A stretch of DNA of 29,299 nucleotides from the NCBI GenBank assembly GCA_046597015.1, contig JBKJLJ010000107.1:1-29299 (forward strand), given 5' to 3'. The translations under genes were made by a program, and so were the position numbers. The DNA is from Bryobacteraceae bacterium. Its GTDB lineage: Bacteria; Acidobacteriota; Terriglobia; Bryobacterales; Bryobacteraceae. The notes under the pieces were generated by a model. It made no database searches. It saw nothing but the letters and a program-made list of their open reading frames with translations, and had not been told where the DNA came from. Positions 25,562-29,299 of the stretch are shown here, piece by piece. How positions within the stretch are numbered: position 1 is the stretch's first letter; each line of letters begins with the position of its first letter.

Positions 25562-25593
25562 TTGACAAATTTAGCGCAGATTCTTCGCATGAT
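25562..25593 (+). promoter_or_regulatory. Candidate promoter for the DUF1800-DUF1501 operon
   Basis: TTGACA at 25562-25567 and CATGAT at 25588-25593, 5 nt before GTG 25599. The 20-bp spacing is non-canonical. Confidence 0.4.
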
Positions 25594-25598
25594 CAGGT

Positions 25599-28121
25599 GT
25601 GCGGACAACAACCCTTTCCATCATCGCTTCCCTGGTCCTGGCCCCACTGGCCCTCGCCCAGATCACAATCTACCCCGGAGCCTCCGGGATCCCCAAGGGC
25701 ACCACCCGGCAAATGTCGGCCTACGTGCCCCTCTCGCCGAACACCGTCACCTGGGCCATCAATGACACCGTCGGAGGCAGCGCCACCTACGGCATCGTTA
25801 CCTCCACGGGCAAATACACCGCCCCGGCTCTCATCCCGCCCGACAACCAGATCACGATCAAGGTCACGAGCACCGCCGACGCTACCAAGTTCAGCACCGC
25901 CCAAATCTCCATCACCCAGCCCCTCGTTTACATCTGGGGCTCCTACCCGAACACCGTCACACCCGGAGCCATCTCGCTCAGCATCAATGGTGCCGGCTTC
26001 GTTCCTGGCGCGGTCATCACCATCAACGATCAACCCCTGTCCACCGCCTACCTCTCTCCCACCGCGCTGAAGGTCACCGGCAACGTCCCTGCCTCCATGC
26101 TCGGGGTCGCCAAACTCAAGGCGATCAATCCCGGCCCCGGCTCCACCATCAGTGACCCCGTCAATCTAACCGTCAAGTCCTCCGCTGTCAGCCTTTCGAT
26201 CAGCCCCTCCTCCATCAACTTGCCCATCAACGCCAGCCAAGCCTTTACCGCCACCGTCACCGGCAGCGCTAACACGGCCGTCACCTGGTCAACCAACGTC
26301 GGAACCATCTCCGCCGCCGGTCTCTACACCGCCCCTGCCGCTCTGCCCAATCCGCCCACCGCCACCGTAACGGCCACGAGCGTCGCCGATCCCCTCGTCG
26401 CCGTCTCGGCCGTCGTCACGCTCAATCAGCCCGCGGTCACCGTCACCGTCTCCCCCGCCTCGGCCCAACTCTTTCTCAACGGGACCCAGCAGCTTACGGC
26501 CACCGTCGTCGGCAATGCCAATACCGCCGTAACCTGGTCCGCCTCCGCCGGCACCATCACCCCGGCCGGCCTCTATACGGCCCCTGGCGCCATGCCCAAT
26601 CCGGCCAGCGCAACCATCACGGCCGCAAGCGTCGCCGCCCCCGCTGCCCTCGGCAAGGCGTTCATCACCATCAAGCTCGCCCCCCCGGCGATGCCGAACC
26701 TCTCGCACGCCCGCTTCCTCGACCAAGCCGCCTTCGGACCCACCTCCGCCGAACTCCAAAACCTCGGCCAAATGGGCATCGACGCCTGGCTCGCTAACCA
26801 GTTCAACCTTCCCGCCAGCCCCATCGCCATCCCCGCCACCAACAACCTGGCGCAATCGCAGTACCTCAACCGCATCGTCAACGCTCCTGACCAACTGCGC
26901 CAGCGAGTCATCGCCGCCCTGAACAAAATCATCGTCGTCTCTGCTCAGAAGAACCCCTACTCGGAAGAAGTCGTCCCCTACCTGCAGATCCTCAGCAAAC
27001 ACGCTTTTGGCAGCTATCGCCAACTTCTGTCCGACATCACCCTGAGCCCCCAAATGGGTAAGTATCTCGACCTGGCCAACTCGAAGCCCCCGGCCGCCAA
27101 CGAGAACTATCCCCGCGAACTGATGCAGCTGTTCTCCACCGGGCTCGTCCTGCTGAACTCCGATGGCACCCCCCAGCTCGACGCCCAGAACAACACCATT
27201 CCGACTTACAACCAAACGGTGGTCGCCCAAACCGCGTTAGCCCTCACCGGCTGGACCTATCCCACCGCCCCCGGCGGAACCCCCAACGTCTCCAACTGGG
27301 AAAATTTCAGCGCCCCGGCCATGGAAGCCCGCGAACAGTTCCACAACAAGTCCGCCAAAACCATCATCGGCGGCTGCCCCATCCCCGCCGGACTCACGGT
27401 CGCCGTCGAAACCAACGCCGTCCTCGATTGCGTCTTCAACCATCCCAACACCGCGCCCTTCATCGTCACCCGCCTCATCCGCGACCTCGTCACGAGCAAC
27501 CCCTCCCCGGCCTATGTCCAGCGCGTCGTCGACGTCTGGAATACAAACGGACCAGCCGGTAAGGGCGATCTGAAGGCCGTCGTCACGGCGATCTTGAAGG
27601 ACGCTGAAGCCCGTCAGGATCAGGCTTCGGTCAACCAGGGCCGCCTGAAGGATCCCGTCTATCACATCGCCGCGTTCCTCCGCGCCATGAACGGCAACAT
27701 CACCCCGGATAACCTTCGCGGCTGGAACTTCTTCCAACTCGGCCAAGCTCCGCTGGCCCCCGCCTCCGTCTTCGGTGCCTACTCGCTCACCTACCGGATT
27801 CGGGGCGGTGCCCTCGCCGGTCCCGAGTTCCAAATCTATACCCCGACCGAGTCCATGCTCCGTGGCAACTTCATCCACGAGATGCTCACGAACCCGAACC
27901 AGTCGGATCTCACCATTAACTTGGGCCCCTTCCTGGCGCTCGCTGCCGACAAGAGCGCCGTCATCGAACAGGTCAATGCCACGCTCCTCTACGGACGCAT
28001 GCCGCAGTCTCTCAAGAACAGCCTCGCCACCGCCATGGCCGCTGCCTATGACAACAATCAGGCGGTCATCACCGCCCTCTACCTCACGGCTCTCAGCGGT
28101 TACTACACCGTCCAATACTAA
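25599..28121 (+). CDS. Exported DUF1800 family protein with four N-terminal Ig-like/IPT domains
   Basis: Signal peptide (ALA-Q); Thr/Ala/Val-rich beta-sandwich repeats (VTW...G.YTAP). DUF1800 motifs ARFLDQAAFGPT, DQLRQRV, SPQMGKYLD, NENYPRELMQLFSTG, HPNTAPFIVTRLIRDLVTSNPSPAYV. Confidence 0.9.
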   Translation: MRTTTLSIIASLVLAPLALAQITIYPGASGIPKGTTRQMSAYVPLSPNTVTWAINDTVGGSATYGIVTSTGKYTAPALIPPDNQITIKVTSTADATKFSTAQISITQPLVYIWGSYPNTVTPGAISLSINGAGFVPGAVITINDQPLSTAYLSPTALKVTGNVPASMLGVAKLKAINPGPGSTISDPVNLTVKSSAVSLSISPSSINLPINASQAFTATVTGSANTAVTWSTNVGTISAAGLYTAPAALPNPPTATVTATSVADPLVAVSAVVTLNQPAVTVTVSPASAQLFLNGTQQLTATVVGNANTAVTWSASAGTITPAGLYTAPGAMPNPASATITAASVAAPAALGKAFITIKLAPPAMPNLSHARFLDQAAFGPTSAELQNLGQMGIDAWLANQFNLPASPIAIPATNNLAQSQYLNRIVNAPDQLRQRVIAALNKIIVVSAQKNPYSEEVVPYLQILSKHAFGSYRQLLSDITLSPQMGKYLDLANSKPPAANENYPRELMQLFSTGLVLLNSDGTPQLDAQNNTIPTYNQTVVAQTALALTGWTYPTAPGGTPNVSNWENFSAPAMEAREQFHNKSAKTIIGGCPIPAGLTVAVETNAVLDCVFNHPNTAPFIVTRLIRDLVTSNPSPAYVQRVVDVWNTNGPAGKGDLKAVVTAILKDAEARQDQASVNQGRLKDPVYHIAAFLRAMNGNITPDNLRGWNFFQLGQAPLAPASVFGAYSLTYRIRGGALAGPEFQIYTPTESMLRGNFIHEMLTNPNQSDLTINLGPFLALAADKSAVIEQVNATLLYGRMPQSLKNSLATAMAAAYDNNQAVITALYLTALSGYYTVQY
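26187..26672 (+). repeat. Intragenic tandem duplication of two Ig-like domains
   Basis: About aa 197-275 (ATVTGSANTAVTWSTNVGTISAAGLYTAPAALPNP) and aa 280-358 (ATVVGNANTAVTWSASAGTITPAGLYTAPGAMPNP). Confidence 0.8.
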
Positions 28122-28131
28122 GGAACTCACC

Positions 28132-29299
28132 ATGACGAACTCCAACTCTCTCTCCCGTCGCTCGCTCCTCCGCCTCGCCACCATGGCCGGCGCCGCCAGC
28201 TTTGCCCAGCGGAACGCCTTGGCCCAAGCTGCGGACTATAAAGCCCTCGTGTGCATCTTCTTCTCCGGCGGCAACGATGGTCACAATATGGTGATCCCCC
28301 AGACCGCCAGCCAGTACAACCTGTACAAGGCCAACCGCGGCGCGCTCTCGGTGCCGGACAACAACGCCAAGCTGCTTCCCATTCAAACCAAAAATGGCAC
28401 GCCCTACGCCCTCAACGATGGCCTCTCGTTCATCCATGCGCTCTGGGGGCAACAGAAACTCGCCGTCGTCGCCAACGTCGGCAACATCGTGCAGCCCACC
28501 ACCCGCGCCCAATTCCTCAACTCCACGGTGAACCTGCCGACCAATCTGTTCTCCCATCCGGATCAATACGTCCAGATGCAAACCGCCACCGGCGGTACGA
28601 GCAGCGGCACCGGTTGGGCCGGCCGCTCCGTCGATTCCCTCAACAGCCTCAACGGGGCGGCGACCTTTCCAGCGGCCATCTCCATGTCCGGCCAACAGAT
28701 CTTCTGCGTGGGCAATATCGTCCAATCCGCCAGCCTCATCCCCGGCTACGACATGGTCCCGGCGGGCATGAATCTCTGGCCCGCCTCTGCCGCCACCGCT
28801 CGCCAAACGGCGCTCCAGCAGATCCTAACCATGGACAGCGGCCTAGCCGTCGTCCAGGCCGCCAACAAGGTCCGGCAGGACGGACTCGACCTGTCCGTCA
28901 TGCTGAAAGGCCTGAACGCCGGCAGCCCGTTTGTCACAAGCTTCCCCGGCACCTCGATCGGTCAACAGTTGAAGCAGGTCGCCCAGATCATCAAGCTCCG
29001 CGGCTCCACCGGCATGCGTCGTCAAGTCTTCTTCTGTTCCGTCGGCGGCTTCGATACCCATGGCGGCCAAGCTTGGCAACAGTGGGACCTGTTCAAACAG
29101 ATCTCGGATGCCATGAACGCCTTCTATCTCTCCACCCAGGAACTCGGCGTCGCTAACGACGTCACGACGTTCACCGAATCCGAGTTCGGCCGCTCGCTGC
29201 AACCCAGCGGCTCCGGCTCCGATCACGGTTGGGGCAGCCACTTCCTCGTCCTGGGCGGTGCCGTGCAGGGGGGCGACCTCTATGGACAGTTCCCCGATC
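28132..29299 (+). CDS. DUF1501 family protein with Tat signal, 3' end runs off the window
   Basis: Not in the ORF track; translated by hand from ATG 28132 (SD AAGGA): MTNSNSLSRRSLLRLATMAG..., YKALVCIFFSGGNDGHNMVIP, LFSHPDQ, GWAGR, GGFDTH, SEFGRSL, GSDHGWG, GGAVQGG. Confidence 0.92.
   Translation, partial: MTNSNSLSRRSLLRLATMAGAASFAQRNALAQAADYKALVCIFFSGGNDGHNMVIPQTASQYNLYKANRGALSVPDNNAKLLPIQTKNGTPYALNDGLSFIHALWGQQKLAVVANVGNIVQPTTRAQFLNSTVNLPTNLFSHPDQYVQMQTATGGTSSGTGWAGRSVDSLNSLNGAATFPAAISMSGQQIFCVGNIVQSASLIPGYDMVPAGMNLWPASAATARQTALQQILTMDSGLAVVQAANKVRQDGLDLSVMLKGLNAGSPFVTSFPGTSIGQQLKQVAQIIKLRGSTGMRRQVFFCSVGGFDTHGGQAWQQWDLFKQISDAMNAFYLSTQELGVANDVTTFTESEFGRSLQPSGSGSDHGWGSHFLVLGGAVQGGDLYGQFPD

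Noticed and set aside
26289-28184. Two long minus-strand ORFs (313 and 315 aa) opposite DUF1800, and similar long shadow ORFs at 970-1851, 12125-13025, 13354-14628 and 16980-17684
   Set aside because: They are antisense or alternative-frame shadows of well-supported genes. High GC and biased third positions suppress stops, and the translations show no motifs.
1-29299. CRISPR arrays, tRNA/rRNA, IS elements, integrases, prophage genes
   Set aside because: No regularly spaced repeats, cloverleaf or rRNA signatures, terminal inverted repeats, or transposase/recombinase motifs were found by eye.

Overview
A high-GC bacterial chromosomal window. The long TonB-dependent receptor with a carboxypeptidase-regulatory-like N-terminus, the DUF1080 and DUF1800/DUF1501 genes and the secreted hydrolases suggest Acidobacteriota (Bryobacter/Solibacter-like), but this is inference. 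I support about 25 protein-coding genes, two of them cut by the window ends. I found no rRNA, tRNA, CRISPR array, transposase or integrase. Main blocks, in order: Uma2 nuclease, S10 peptidase and MFS transporter; an outer-membrane barrel plus small membrane protein pair; a coupled acetamidase-enolase-amidohydrolase operon; a CE1-like esterase; a MarR-controlled YcaC/oxidoreductase/cupin islet with a clear double operator; DUF1080, an alpha/beta hydrolase and a secreted FAD enzyme; a decayed membrane-toxin-like pseudogene; a three-gene signalling operon; sulfatase, TonB receptor and an atypical alkaline phosphatase; a GGCT-family gene; and an Ig-domain DUF1800 plus Tat-exported DUF1501 pair. 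The best candidate for an undescribed system is the signalling operon (15646-18571). There an intact, phosphorylatable receiver domain is fused to a CpaE/TadZ-like ATPase and coupled to a PAS histidine kinase and an Rcp1-like regulator, with no tad genes in the window. Next best are the catabolic operon, whose muconate-cycloisomerase-like enzyme has Tyr in place of a conserved Lys, and the Ig-DUF1800/DUF1501 pair. All family calls come from motif recognition by eye, not database searches.
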